A stretch of DNA of 41,983 bases, from assembly GCA_016204425.1 (NCBI GenBank), contig JACQKR010000046.1:1-41983 (forward strand). Reading direction: 5' to 3'. Source of the DNA: Candidatus Levyibacteriota bacterium (GTDB lineage Bacteria; Patescibacteriota; Microgenomatia; Levybacterales; UBA12049). Of this stretch, positions 23,817 to 33,927 are shown one piece after another; position 1 is the first letter of the stretch, and each line of letters starts with the position of its first letter. A program made the translations under genes and the position numbers. Under the pieces are notes generated by a model. That model made no database searches. It saw only the letters and a list, made by a program, of their open reading frames with translations, and was not told the origin of the DNA.

Positions 23817-24998
23817 ATGAGCAAAAAGAAAATATTTTCAAAACGTGCAGACGAACTGTCACTTTCGCCGACTCTCGCATTTGATGCAAAAGTCCGAATG
23901 CTTCAGAAAAAGGGGAAAGAAGTCCTCAATCTCACCTTGGGTGAGCCTGATTTTGCAACACCCGAATACATCCAGGACGCTGCAATTGGTGCGATAACGA
24001 GTGGCTTCACGCACTATACGCTCGTTGGCGGCATAGAAGAATTGCGAAAAGCGATCAGCAAAAAACTGCGAAAAGAAAATAATATTCGCTACGATTCGTC
24101 TGAAATTATTGTCGGAGCAGGAACAAAATTTCTTCTTTATGAGCTGTTTCAAGTGCTACTTGATAAAGGGGACGAGGTGATTCTTTCTTTGCCGACGTGG
24201 AGCACGTACGTTGAGCAAATCAAGCTCGCAGAGGGGAAGCCGGTTACGATCAAGCTCATGCCGCCTTTCCAGCTCACCGCAGAAGCAGTTGAGAAGAAAC
24301 TGAGCAAGAAAACCAAAATAATTCTCCTGAATTCTCCCGCCAATCCTACGGGTGCAATTATTTCGAAAAAAGAATTGCAAAATATCGTCCGACTGGCAAA
24401 GAAACACAAACTGTACATCATCAGTGATGAAATATACGAAAAAATCACCTATGGAGCAAAATTTGTTTCCCCGGCGTCGCTTCTGACCTCTATGCGGGAG
24501 CATATTCTGACGGTAAACGGATTTTCGAAAGCATATGCGATGACCGGCTGGAGGCTCGGGTATGTTGCGGGCTCTCAGGAAATCATCGCAAAAATGAATG
24601 CACTCCAGAGTCAAACGACGTCAAATGCGACATCTATTAGTCAAAAAGCAGGCGTTACAGCGCTCACCGGCCCCCAGCAGTCAATAAAAGATATGGTAAA
24701 AGAATTTACCAGGCGCCAAAACTATCTTGTGAAAGAATTCTTAACGATTCCGAATCTCTCGTTTACCCCGCCTGAAGGGGCATTTTACCTATTTGTCTCT
24801 GTTGAGCGAATGTTAGGCAAAAAGTTTCCATCATCTGAGGCGTGGTGCCGGCGCTTACTTGAGGAGGAAGGTGTCCCGGTCATTCCCGGAGAAGCATTCT
24901 ATTATCCCGGATATTTCCGCCTCAGTTTTGCCTCCTCCATGGAGATCCTGGAAAAAGCAACAGAAAAAATACGGAGGTTCTGCAAACGGTATGCCTAG
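23817..24998 (+). CDS. Class I pyridoxal-phosphate aminotransferase (aspartate aminotransferase-like)
   Basis: LNLTLGEPDF, NPANPTG, SDEIYEKITY and the NGFSKAYAMTGWRLGY (PLP-lysine) motifs. The ATG at 23817 is preferred because the TTG at 23781 lies inside the leader hairpin. Confidence 0.85.
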   Translation: MSKKKIFSKRADELSLSPTLAFDAKVRMLQKKGKEVLNLTLGEPDFATPEYIQDAAIGAITSGFTHYTLVGGIEELRKAISKKLRKENNIRYDSSEIIVGAGTKFLLYELFQVLLDKGDEVILSLPTWSTYVEQIKLAEGKPVTIKLMPPFQLTAEAVEKKLSKKTKIILLNSPANPTGAIISKKELQNIVRLAKKHKLYIISDEIYEKITYGAKFVSPASLLTSMREHILTVNGFSKAYAMTGWRLGYVAGSQEIIAKMNALQSQTTSNATSISQKAGVTALTGPQQSIKDMVKEFTRRQNYLVKEFLTIPNLSFTPPEGAFYLFVSVERMLGKKFPSSEAWCRRLLEEEGVPVIPGEAFYYPGYFRLSFASSMEILEKATEKIRRFCKRYA

Positions 24999-26499
24999 AA
25001 AAATTCCGGCGACTATTGTCACACAACACCCCGATCATGCCAGAAAACCATACTGGCTTGATGAAGCATTTATCAGTACGCGGTATGAATCAGATGAGTG
25101 TTTTCGTTCATTTTCAGAACTAGGTGCGACCGAGTACAAATGGGACTGGGAGGGGAAACTCGTTGATGAGTCTGTTCTTGAACGGTTATATAGCGAACAC
25201 TATGATTATTTCAAAAGAAGCCCGATTGGCAAAGAGAAATTTCTCACATTCAGGCTACCAAATCCAAAAGTTGAATCGGAGTTTCGCATCGGACGTGCGT
25301 TTATGAGCATCATGGGGGCAGCGTCGATGACAAAGCAGCTTGAGCTGCATTCACCGCCCCTTTTTGAAGTGATTTTGCCTATGACCGAATCGGCCGATGA
25401 AATGCTGGCTATTCAGGAAGCATTTTCACAAATGCATTCCTTAAAACATGATCTCTATCGTTTTGACCCGTTACTCTTGCAGAATTTAGAGATGATTCCG
25501 CTTTTTGAGCAAGTCCCGACCATCTTTCGATCGCATGAGATTTTAGAGGAGTATATACAGAAACACGAAAAGATCTTTGGCTTCAGGCAAAAATATATCC
25601 GGCCGTATGTTGCGCGCTCCGATCCGGCGCTCAATTCGGGTGTCGTACCGACAGTTTTGGCGATCAAGGTTGCGTTATCTCGCTATAAACAACTGGAAGA
25701 GAAAACAGGAATAAAGTTCTATCCTATGATCGGCGCCGCTTCTCTTCCCTTCAGAGGTGGTCTTACGCCATTTACCGTACGCGATTTTGCAAAAGAGTAC
25801 ACAGGTATCAGGACGACGACCCTGCAGAGTGCTTTCAGATATGATTACGATATTGACGATGTGAAAGAAGGAATACGGAAGTTAGAATCCCTGCTTCCGA
25901 AAGGAAAAGCGGTGATTATTTCCGAGAAGGATATCCAACAGATCGGCAAGCTAATTCACCCGTTTGAGCGGTATTATAGAAAATCAGTTGAACATATTGC
26001 GCCACTTGTGAATGAAGTGGCGGGCTTTTTGCCAAAAAGACGGGAACGTGTCCAGCACGTAGGGCTATTTGGATATTCACGGGGTGTTGGAAGGGTGAAA
26101 TTGCCCCGGGCAATCGGATTTACCGCCGCGCTTTATTCTTTGGGCGTTCCGCCTGAAATGATTGGTATGGGGAGGGGACTGGAGGACGCGAAAAAACACG
26201 GCCACCTTCCTGTTATAGAAAAATACTACCTTAACATAAAGAAAGACCTGCTGAGGTCGGGAAAGTACCTGAATAAGAAGCAAATTGTGCAAAGAGCAAG
26301 AGGGAGTACTGCCTGGCAGGAAATCCTCCATGACGTCAGGATAATTGAAAATTACCTTGAGGCTCCTCTCGCTCCCGAGACAGATGAAGAGCAGGAGCAC
26401 CTGATTTTGACCAATGCGATTAGCAAGCGTTTGCAAGATAAGTTGCCAATAGGAGATTTTATTGATGAAGCAGCGCGACTCAGAAGAAGTTTAGGATAA
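24991..26499 (+). CDS. ppcA: Archaeal-type phosphoenolpyruvate carboxylase
   Basis: Starts MPRKIPATIVTQHPDHARKPYW, the hallmark N-terminus of the ~500-aa archaeal-type PEPC family (from memory). The ATG overlaps the aminotransferase stop (ATGCCTAG). Confidence 0.8.
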   Translation: MPRKIPATIVTQHPDHARKPYWLDEAFISTRYESDECFRSFSELGATEYKWDWEGKLVDESVLERLYSEHYDYFKRSPIGKEKFLTFRLPNPKVESEFRIGRAFMSIMGAASMTKQLELHSPPLFEVILPMTESADEMLAIQEAFSQMHSLKHDLYRFDPLLLQNLEMIPLFEQVPTIFRSHEILEEYIQKHEKIFGFRQKYIRPYVARSDPALNSGVVPTVLAIKVALSRYKQLEEKTGIKFYPMIGAASLPFRGGLTPFTVRDFAKEYTGIRTTTLQSAFRYDYDIDDVKEGIRKLESLLPKGKAVIISEKDIQQIGKLIHPFERYYRKSVEHIAPLVNEVAGFLPKRRERVQHVGLFGYSRGVGRVKLPRAIGFTAALYSLGVPPEMIGMGRGLEDAKKHGHLPVIEKYYLNIKKDLLRSGKYLNKKQIVQRARGSTAWQEILHDVRIIENYLEAPLAPETDEEQEHLILTNAISKRLQDKLPIGDFIDEAARLRRSLG

Positions 26500-26547
26500 A
26501 TAGTACAACAAGTGCTGAGACGTAAAATTTGAATGATTTGTACGCGG

Positions 26548-26620
26548 CGCGCCTGAAGGGAATCGAACCCCCAACCTAGTGGTCCGAAGCCACTTGCTCT
26601 ATCCGTTAAGCTACAGGCGC
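26548..26620 (-). tRNA. tRNA-Arg (anticodon UCG)
   Basis: rc reads GCGCCTG TA GCTT AACGGATA GAGC A AGTGG CTTCGGA CCACT AGGTT GGGGG TTCGATT CCCTT CAGGCGC G. Confidence 0.9.
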
Positions 26621-26799
26621 ATGGGATGTTTTCTGTGGCAATTGTATACCACTCCGCAATCATTTTGCAAATATTTGGTGTATACCTACCGGAGCCCCGC
26701 TAAGCGGGGCAGAGGGGTATATCAGAGTATCAGGCTGAATTCAAACAAATTAGCATACTTTCGTTCTAGACTTTCACCTATTGATGCGTTAAGATACGA

Positions 26800-27993
26800 A
26801 TGATCATGAAGGCAAGTACCGGGTTTGTTCTGCTTATTGTGACGCTTCTCACGGGTGCTTTTTTCTACGGGCTCACCCGCTATATCGAAAACAGTAATAA
26901 ATCGATCTATATCCCATCGAGAAAAGTGGAAATTCTCCCAACGGGCACAAACAAGGGAGGCGAAACTGTTTCTCTAAGCATTAATCCGCGATTCAGGATA
27001 CGGCTGTTTGCTTCAAATTTGGGAAATGCACGTGATCTCACTTTTACCGATTCGGGAACCCTGCTTGTCTCGACTCCCGCATCAGGAGAAGTGGTGGCAT
27101 TGCCTGATCGTAACAATGACGGTGTTGCTGATGAAGCAAGAGTTATCATACGCGGGAAAAATAAGCCGCATGGACTGGCATTCCGGTCAGGCAAACTCTT
27201 TGTCGCAGAGGTGAATCGCGTCGCCCGGTATACGTGGAATGAGCAGACACTTCAGGCAACTGAGGAAAAAGAGCTGTTTTCACTACCGGGAGGCGGAAAT
27301 CACTTCGCAAGATCACTCGTTTTTGACAAGCAGGGAAAATTGTATGTCTCTATCGGATCAACGTGTAATGTCTGTTTTGAGAAGCATTCGTGGATTGCAG
27401 GTGTTATTGTATCCGATGCAGAGGGAAGAAGCCCGAGGCTTTTTGCAAAAGGGCTTCGAAACGCACCGTTTCTGGCACTAAATCCACAATCGGGAGCAGT
27501 TTGGGTCACGGAAATGGGAAGAGACTATCTGGGAGATAATCTACCACCCGATGAGATCAATATGCTCCAGGATGGGAAAGATTATGGCTGGCCTTTGTGT
27601 TACGGCAAGAAACAGCACGATGCGGAGTTTGACAAGAACGTCTATACGGATGATCCCTGCTTATTTACTGAAGCGCCGATTTTTGAAATTCCGGCTCACT
27701 CGGCACCGCTTGGTCTGGCGTTTATCGCGTCAAGTCAGTTTCCAAAAGACTGGCAAAATGATTTGCTCGTTGCATACCATGGTTCATGGAACCGCTCCGA
27801 GCCTACCGGGTATAAGATAGTCCATATGGTCGTACGGGGGAATACGATACTAACAGCAGAGGATTTTCTGACCGGGTTTCTGCAGGATGGCAAAAAAATA
27901 GGGCGTCCTGTCGACGTAGTGTTTGACAGGCAGGGCAATCTTTTTGTATCGGACGATGAAGCGGGAATGGTATATATTATTCAGCAAGGATAG
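26800..27993 (+). CDS. PQQ-dependent sugar (glucose/sorbosone) dehydrogenase-like beta-propeller, membrane-anchored
   Basis: N-terminal TM helix, then PHGLAF, GKLYVSIGSTCNVC, GLRNAPF, GRDYLGDNLPPDEIN and DYGWPLCYG motifs typical of soluble PQQ sugar dehydrogenases. Confidence 0.78.
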   Translation: MIMKASTGFVLLIVTLLTGAFFYGLTRYIENSNKSIYIPSRKVEILPTGTNKGGETVSLSINPRFRIRLFASNLGNARDLTFTDSGTLLVSTPASGEVVALPDRNNDGVADEARVIIRGKNKPHGLAFRSGKLFVAEVNRVARYTWNEQTLQATEEKELFSLPGGGNHFARSLVFDKQGKLYVSIGSTCNVCFEKHSWIAGVIVSDAEGRSPRLFAKGLRNAPFLALNPQSGAVWVTEMGRDYLGDNLPPDEINMLQDGKDYGWPLCYGKKQHDAEFDKNVYTDDPCLFTEAPIFEIPAHSAPLGLAFIASSQFPKDWQNDLLVAYHGSWNRSEPTGYKIVHMVVRGNTILTAEDFLTGFLQDGKKIGRPVDVVFDRQGNLFVSDDEAGMVYIIQQG

Positions 27994-28061
27994 ACCGCTT
28001 TGGAGTTTTTCACAAAATCTGCTACAATAAATGCTCACTTCGCCACAAAGCAACTTATAGT

Positions 28062-28667
28062 ATGGAAAAAGTGCGAAAAGCCTTACATCATGTGCAAACG
28101 CTCCCGGACAAGAAACGGTACGTTGAATTTTTTACTGCAATTCTTTCTGTTCCCGTTCTTATTACGGTGATTATTCTCAATGTAGCGAGCCTGCGATCCG
28201 AAAAAGCGGAGAAAAAAGAACCTGATCAAAAGCAGGTTATCGTCACAATTCCATCAGTCGGTACAAAAGAAGACACGAATAACGACCGTGAACCGACCCC
28301 CAAAGAACCGTCACCGACCGGTGAACAGTGCAAAAAAGAAATTGGTCCTATATCTATTTCTTACCCGGAAGAGTCAACGCGTGTCAGCGACAACCCCGTG
28401 CAAATCTCAATTTCCTATGAAAAAGACGGCACATATTGTGCTGCTGTATGGTCTTACCGGATAAATGCAGGGCGTTGGTCTGATTATGATGATAAGTCAA
28501 TTGCGCTGTATAATCTGCCAAAAGGCGACATCAATTTTGAACTTCGGGTAAAAAGCATCGTTACCGGAGAAGAAAAAGTGCTTTCCCGTTCATTCACCTA
28601 TGACGGCGACGGTTCTGAGCCGAAAGCGACTGATACGCCAACGGTAACACCGGCAACGCCACAGTAA
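28062..28667 (+). CDS. Membrane-anchored extracytoplasmic protein, unknown function
   Basis: 201 aa with one TM helix (FFTAILSVPVLITVIILNVA), a charged linker and a beta-rich C-terminal domain. Confidence 0.6.
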   Translation: MEKVRKALHHVQTLPDKKRYVEFFTAILSVPVLITVIILNVASLRSEKAEKKEPDQKQVIVTIPSVGTKEDTNNDREPTPKEPSPTGEQCKKEIGPISISYPEESTRVSDNPVQISISYEKDGTYCAAVWSYRINAGRWSDYDDKSIALYNLPKGDINFELRVKSIVTGEEKVLSRSFTYDGDGSEPKATDTPTVTPATPQ

Positions 28668-28691
28668 TTCCTTCATTATACCCGGTAAACC

Positions 28692-31085
28692 ATGTACAAT
28701 GAGCGTATGCGGACATCAATGTTTCGGATTATGCAGTACGCCATTGGCTGGCCGTTATCTCTTGTCGCTCTGTATTTCATTTTCACCCGAATTTTTCCTG
28801 AGTTTTCGACTGTACGGCGCTTACTACAAGAAGCAAATCTCCCCTTACTCGTTTATGCAATTTTCTTTTTTGTATCGTATTATCTGCTTCGCTGTGTGCT
28901 TTGGCATGCAATACTCAAGGCATTGTCTCATGAGATTTCTCTGAAAAAGACGACAAGGCTCTGGGCATTGTCTGAGGTAAATAGGTATATACCGGGAAAC
29001 GTCTGGTCGTTTCTTGGAAGAACAGTGCTTTTCAATCAGGAGAATATTCCCAAAAAAGATATTGCAACTGCCTTACTGGTTGAGGCACAGCTTGTTTTAA
29101 TCGGTGCTGTTGTCGTCTCGCTTCTTGCCGCATCGTTTATCCTGCACCAATTTATTCCATCGTTTGAAAATCCAATAAGCGTTTTATTGCTTACCGTTTC
29201 CATGTTTCTTCTTACTTTTCTTTATATTTTCCAGGAAAGACTTTTTCAGCACGTTTCTTTTTTGAAACACCGGTATCTTACTCATTTTTTCCCAAAATTC
29301 CCATCCAACCGGCAAGCGACCTTAGTGGGAATAAGCATATTGACCATGGTTGCTTTTGGATTAGGCTATTTTTTTGCAATCACTGCAGTTATTTCCCTTG
29401 ATATCACCTATGTGTATACGTTTATTGGTGTTTTTGTTTTCTCGCTTCTTGCCGGGTATGTATCTGTGATCACGCCTACCGGGCTGGGCGTACGAGAGGG
29501 GGTAATCGTACTGTTACTTACGCCATTCACGACATTTTCTGTTGCCGGATTCGCTTCAATTTTCGCCAGAATTATTCTGATCCTTTCAGAGCTTCTTTTT
29601 ATAGTCAGTGTCACTATCGTAAGTAGTTTCAAGTTTCCTTTGATGACGGAGCTGGGACGAAAAATACGAACACACCCTTTTGAGCTGCTCCTTGCTTTGT
29701 CAGTACTTGTTTACTCGCTTTATTTCAGTACGGCAAGCATCCTTCGTTTTGAAAATTTTTATGCGGGACGGTTTGATCTGGGAAATATGGCGCAGACGGT
29801 GTGGAACTCGTCACAGGGAAGGCTCTTTGAATTTACCGATCCGGACAGCACGCAGGAAATCTCCCGGCTTGTCTATCACGCCGATGTGATCCTCGTGCTT
29901 TTGGTGCCCTTTTATCTTCTTTTTCCATACCCGGCAACACTTCTTGTCATCCAGGCATTTGTGGTCGGGTGTGGAGCTTTCTTTGTCTACGCAATCGCGA
30001 AGCACGTACTACGGTCAAATAGCGTTTCTTTTGTTTTTGCTATTGCATATCTTCTCAACCCGAGCGTACAGAGAGCAAACCTGTATGATTTTCATGCTGT
30101 TGTTCTCGCGACAACATTTCTTCTCGGCACGTTTTATTTTATGGTAAAGAAGCGGTATGTTTGGTTTGGTGTGTTCGCACTTCTTGCCGGGATAACAAAA
30201 GAACACGTATGGGCAATTACCGCACTGTTCGGTTTGTATATCGTCTTCGTGCAGAGACGATTCAAGGAGGGACTCGTGACACTCGCTCTCTCAACAGTAC
30301 TGATCTATTTTCTTATTTGGCACGTGATACCCTCAGCGCGGGGTGGAAATCATTTTGCACTTGAATATTACAGCGATTTTGGAGACAGCCCGTCGTCTCT
30401 TATAAAAAACATTTTTTTGTCTCCCGTTAAGACACTCCAGGTGCTCCTCCAACAAGACCGCATCGAATACATAAAACAATTATTCGGTCCTCTTGGCTAT
30501 ATTCCGTTTCTTGCGCCGGTATTTCTTATTTTTGCAGCTCCCGATTTTTTGATCAACATGCTCAGCAGTAATCAGAATTTGCATCAGATTTATTACCAAT
30601 ACACTGCGACAATTACTCCGTTTCTTTTTATTGCAGGCATATACGGCTTTTCTCTTTTCCTGAAATTCCTCCCTTTCATTGATAAGAGATTTCTGATGGG
30701 AGTATTGGTCTTTTTTGTCATTCGGGGAGCATATCTGCACGGCCCGCTTCCCGGAAGTAAGAGCGCAAATCTGGACATGTTCACAAAACAGCTTCCGTAC
30801 CGGCACGACATTAAACAGGTGCTGGCGGGTATTCCGGAAAGATACAGTGTCGCTGCCAGCAACAACATTGGTGCGCATCTCTCCAATAGGCAAAGGCTGT
30901 ACACAATTCCCGTAGGAGTAGACAGCGCAGATGTCGTTGTCTTTCTCCTCACCGATAAAGGTGCGCAGCCCTCACTCCTTGCGCAAAAAGAAATGGCAAT
31001 GCGGCTTCGCTATAATCCGGCATTCGTTATTCTTTATGAAACGGGAGATTTTGTCGTATTTCAAAAACGTGAAAGGGCACTTTGA
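28692..31085 (+). CDS. Large polytopic membrane protein: UPF0104/LPG-synthase-TM (flippase-like) N-terminal half fused to a DUF2079 (GT-C-like) C-terminal half
   Basis: 797 aa with more than 15 TM helices. The N-terminal half resembles the lysyl-PG synthase TM/UPF0104 family (..TPTGLGVREGV..). The C-terminal half has the DUF2079-like signature RFDLGNMAQTVWNSSQG..YHADVILVLLVPFY. Confidence 0.68.
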   Translation: MYNERMRTSMFRIMQYAIGWPLSLVALYFIFTRIFPEFSTVRRLLQEANLPLLVYAIFFFVSYYLLRCVLWHAILKALSHEISLKKTTRLWALSEVNRYIPGNVWSFLGRTVLFNQENIPKKDIATALLVEAQLVLIGAVVVSLLAASFILHQFIPSFENPISVLLLTVSMFLLTFLYIFQERLFQHVSFLKHRYLTHFFPKFPSNRQATLVGISILTMVAFGLGYFFAITAVISLDITYVYTFIGVFVFSLLAGYVSVITPTGLGVREGVIVLLLTPFTTFSVAGFASIFARIILILSELLFIVSVTIVSSFKFPLMTELGRKIRTHPFELLLALSVLVYSLYFSTASILRFENFYAGRFDLGNMAQTVWNSSQGRLFEFTDPDSTQEISRLVYHADVILVLLVPFYLLFPYPATLLVIQAFVVGCGAFFVYAIAKHVLRSNSVSFVFAIAYLLNPSVQRANLYDFHAVVLATTFLLGTFYFMVKKRYVWFGVFALLAGITKEHVWAITALFGLYIVFVQRRFKEGLVTLALSTVLIYFLIWHVIPSARGGNHFALEYYSDFGDSPSSLIKNIFLSPVKTLQVLLQQDRIEYIKQLFGPLGYIPFLAPVFLIFAAPDFLINMLSSNQNLHQIYYQYTATITPFLFIAGIYGFSLFLKFLPFIDKRFLMGVLVFFVIRGAYLHGPLPGSKSANLDMFTKQLPYRHDIKQVLAGIPERYSVAASNNIGAHLSNRQRLYTIPVGVDSADVVVFLLTDKGAQPSLLAQKEMAMRLRYNPAFVILYETGDFVVFQKRERAL

Positions 31086-31116
31086 AAGATAGTGCAATTT
31101 CCGTTATTATAAATAC

Positions 31117-31938
31117 ATGGTTCAGGTAATCAAGGCAGACGGTTCAAAAGAAGCGTTTGATGAACAAAAAGTAGTCCACTCGATTCAGCGGGCAAAAATT
31201 CCAGCTGATTTGCATCCCCAAGTGCTTGCCCATGTAAAAAACAAGCTTTATGAAGACATCCCGACAGCTGAAATATATCACCATATTATAGAATTCTTGG
31301 GAAAAGCGCCAAATCCCTATGTACACTCACGATACAGCCTTAAGCAGGCGCTCATGGCACTAGGACCGTCAGGTTACCCGTTTGAGGACTATGTCGCAGA
31401 AATATTGAAAGATCACAAATTTACCGTTTCGGTACGGCAAATACTCCTTGGAAGATGTATCAGTCATGAGATTGACGTTATAGCAGAAAAAGACAAGTGG
31501 AGGGTTATGGTTGAGGTGAAGTTTCACAATAGCCCCGGAGTGCGCTCGGATGTGCATGTCCCGCTGTATACAAAAGCTCGATACGAGGACTTAAGGGACA
31601 AACACAATCTCCATGAAGCGTGGATTGTGACGAATACGAAAACAACATCCGACGCAATTGCTTACGCACATTGTATTGAAATGAAGGTGATCAGCTGGAG
31701 TTATCCTGAGGGTGAAAGCCTCCGGGACCTCATCGAAAAAGCACACCTGTATCCTATCACGATGATGTCGACACTTTCGGAATCCTCCAAAATCACGCTT
31801 TTGAATAACCATATCGTTCTCTGTAAAGATATCTGCAAGGATCATAAAAAAATTGATGTTCTTGAGATAAGCGCAAAGGAGAAAGAGCAGATCCTGGCTG
31901 AAATCGAATACATTTGCATGGATAAAGTCCCACAGTAA
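31117..31938 (+). CDS. ATP-cone domain fused to a PD-(D/E)xK restriction-endonuclease-like (Mrr-cat type) domain
   Basis: The N-terminus VIKADGSKEAFDEQKVVHSIQRA..IPTAEIYHHIIEFL is an ATP-cone. The middle GYPFEDYVAEILKD..ISHEIDVIAEKDKWRVMVEVKFHN carries D..E-V-K nuclease motifs. Confidence 0.7.
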   Translation: MVQVIKADGSKEAFDEQKVVHSIQRAKIPADLHPQVLAHVKNKLYEDIPTAEIYHHIIEFLGKAPNPYVHSRYSLKQALMALGPSGYPFEDYVAEILKDHKFTVSVRQILLGRCISHEIDVIAEKDKWRVMVEVKFHNSPGVRSDVHVPLYTKARYEDLRDKHNLHEAWIVTNTKTTSDAIAYAHCIEMKVISWSYPEGESLRDLIEKAHLYPITMMSTLSESSKITLLNNHIVLCKDICKDHKKIDVLEISAKEKEQILAEIEYICMDKVPQ

Positions 31939-31978
31939 ACACTTTCTTTCTCGGCAAAATTTCGTTACTATACCGGAT

Positions 31979-32425
31979 ATGGAGTTCTGGCAAAAAATAT
32001 TTATCATCGGCTTTACCGCAATTTCACTGATCGGATTCGCACGCAGCCTGTATGAATGCAAGGAAAAAAAGAATCCGTACGGTGTGACCTACTTCTACCG
32101 GTTGTTCGGCGCATTTGTCTGGGCAGACTTGGTCGTCTTCAGCGTTTTTTGGATACTGGCATCCCTTATCAGCTTTGCGCTAAACAGTTGGGTGCTCTTT
32201 CTCCTTTTTATCGCACTGTTCTGGGTGGTAAGGAGTATTGGGGAGACACAGTACTGGTTCCATCAGCAGTTTTCAACGATCCAGCGCAACCCGCCTGAAA
32301 AATTCTGGTTTCATAAAATCTTCCACAACGATTCTGTCTGGTTCGTCTACCAAATCTTCTGGCAGTGCGTTACCGTGATAAGTAGTATTATTTCCCTTTA
32401 CTTGGCAAAGCTCTGGCTCTTCTGA
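31979..32425 (+). CDS. 4-TM membrane protein, unknown function
   Basis: 148 aa, hydrophobic helices, Trp/Phe-rich. Confidence 0.6.
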   Translation: MEFWQKIFIIGFTAISLIGFARSLYECKEKKNPYGVTYFYRLFGAFVWADLVVFSVFWILASLISFALNSWVLFLLFIALFWVVRSIGETQYWFHQQFSTIQRNPPEKFWFHKIFHNDSVWFVYQIFWQCVTVISSIISLYLAKLWLF

Positions 32426-32527
32426 TTATTTTCAAATGTTAATCCGCCAATACGATAAATATAGCGAAAAACTCCAATAGTATCGATAAAAATGCGATTA
32501 TCATGTGCACCATAATGTCTGTTTCTT

Positions 32528-33805
32528 TCATTTCATCGTTGCCAATTCAGCAAGTGCTTTTTCAGCAAGAATTTTGCGTTCGTAGCGGTCTGCCATAAAA
32601 CCATTTGGTACGGTTGTTAATTTATGGGCATACAGTAAGTATGCGTTTCGAATTGTGTGATCTCCATACTTTTCATTGAGAGAGTCGACTGTCCTGACGA
32701 GACCTGGATTTTTGATACCACGGTCAAACATCGATGCAGAAAGCGTATCGTCATCCCGCAGATTTGCCACCCATACGCCAATTTGTCTCACATAGCCATC
32801 TGAAGGGATGCGAACATGGAGTGAATACAGAGCGGCATGGAAAATATCCCGCCCCGTATTCGCATAAAAACCGTACGTTCGCCTTCCAAACAGTTCATGC
32901 GTACCACGAAGGGAAAGACCAACAGTTCTGGCTTTCTTTTTCAAACGCCGAAGTTTTATCCCTATCTCTTCACTCAACTCATAAATATTTTGAAAAACAA
33001 TCCGTTTGTCATACTCGTTTTGGGGAAGGCAATAGTTTCTTCCGACCGACTTCACTTCCGGGGATTGGGTATAGGAAGTAACATCAGACGGATCAAGCCA
33101 GAGGCCAAGATTTTTGAGAAAATGCCCCTCGACATTGCCAAATTCCGCTCGGAGCGCTTCCAGTGGTGCACGGCGAAGCTGCAGGAGGGTATAAATACCC
33201 ATTGCATGCAGCCTGATTTTTATCCGTTCTCCTATGCCGCACATGTCTGTAAGTTTTGCTATTTTATACACTTGCTCAACGTGTGAGGGTTGAATGAGAA
33301 AAACGCCATTTGGTTTTTTGAGTCCTGATGCCAATTTGGCAAGTAATTTGTTGTGTGCGACGCCAACAGAAACGGTGATATACTCACCGATTTCCTCCTG
33401 AATTCGTTGTTTGATGTGTTCAATGAGCCGTTTGGTGCCGCCGAACAAGTGATTTGTTTTCGTCACATCCATAAATAATTCATCGATCGAAAACACCTCA
33501 ACGAAAGGCGAGAAGTCTTTACAGATACTGACGAACTTCTGGCTAATATCCCAATACCTGGTAAAATTCGCTCTGGTAAATTGCATCGTCGGGCAGATAC
33601 GAAGGGCGTCATAGGTCCGGTAAATATTGGGGATGCCAAGTCTTTTTGCCTCACGAGAAGCGGCAATAATAGCGGTTCTTCCATTGGACGCTGTGACGCC
33701 GAGTGGCTTTCCCCGAAATTCAGGATGGTCCTGCTGTTCAACACTTGCAAAGAAACTGTCAAAATCTATGTGCAAGATGATCCGTCGTGGCGCAGCCCCA
33801 ATCAT
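32528..33805 (-). CDS. dinB: DNA polymerase IV (Y-family translesion polymerase)
   Basis: ILHIDFDSFFASVEQ, SIDELFMDVT and VSVGVAHNKLLAKLAS motifs, 425 aa. Confidence 0.9.
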   Translation of the reverse strand: MIGAAPRRIILHIDFDSFFASVEQQDHPEFRGKPLGVTASNGRTAIIAASREAKRLGIPNIYRTYDALRICPTMQFTRANFTRYWDISQKFVSICKDFSPFVEVFSIDELFMDVTKTNHLFGGTKRLIEHIKQRIQEEIGEYITVSVGVAHNKLLAKLASGLKKPNGVFLIQPSHVEQVYKIAKLTDMCGIGERIKIRLHAMGIYTLLQLRRAPLEALRAEFGNVEGHFLKNLGLWLDPSDVTSYTQSPEVKSVGRNYCLPQNEYDKRIVFQNIYELSEEIGIKLRRLKKKARTVGLSLRGTHELFGRRTYGFYANTGRDIFHAALYSLHVRIPSDGYVRQIGVWVANLRDDDTLSASMFDRGIKNPGLVRTVDSLNEKYGDHTIRNAYLLYAHKLTTVPNGFMADRYERKILAEKALAELATMK

Positions 33806-33927
33806 GTTACATAAAAAATACCAGAAAAATAGTAGAAAAAAAAGAGAACAAAAAGAAACAATCTAGGTCAATATTGAGTTTATTTTTATGCAGCCTCAGC
33901 GGTTTTGGAGACAGATTTTGCCGTTTT

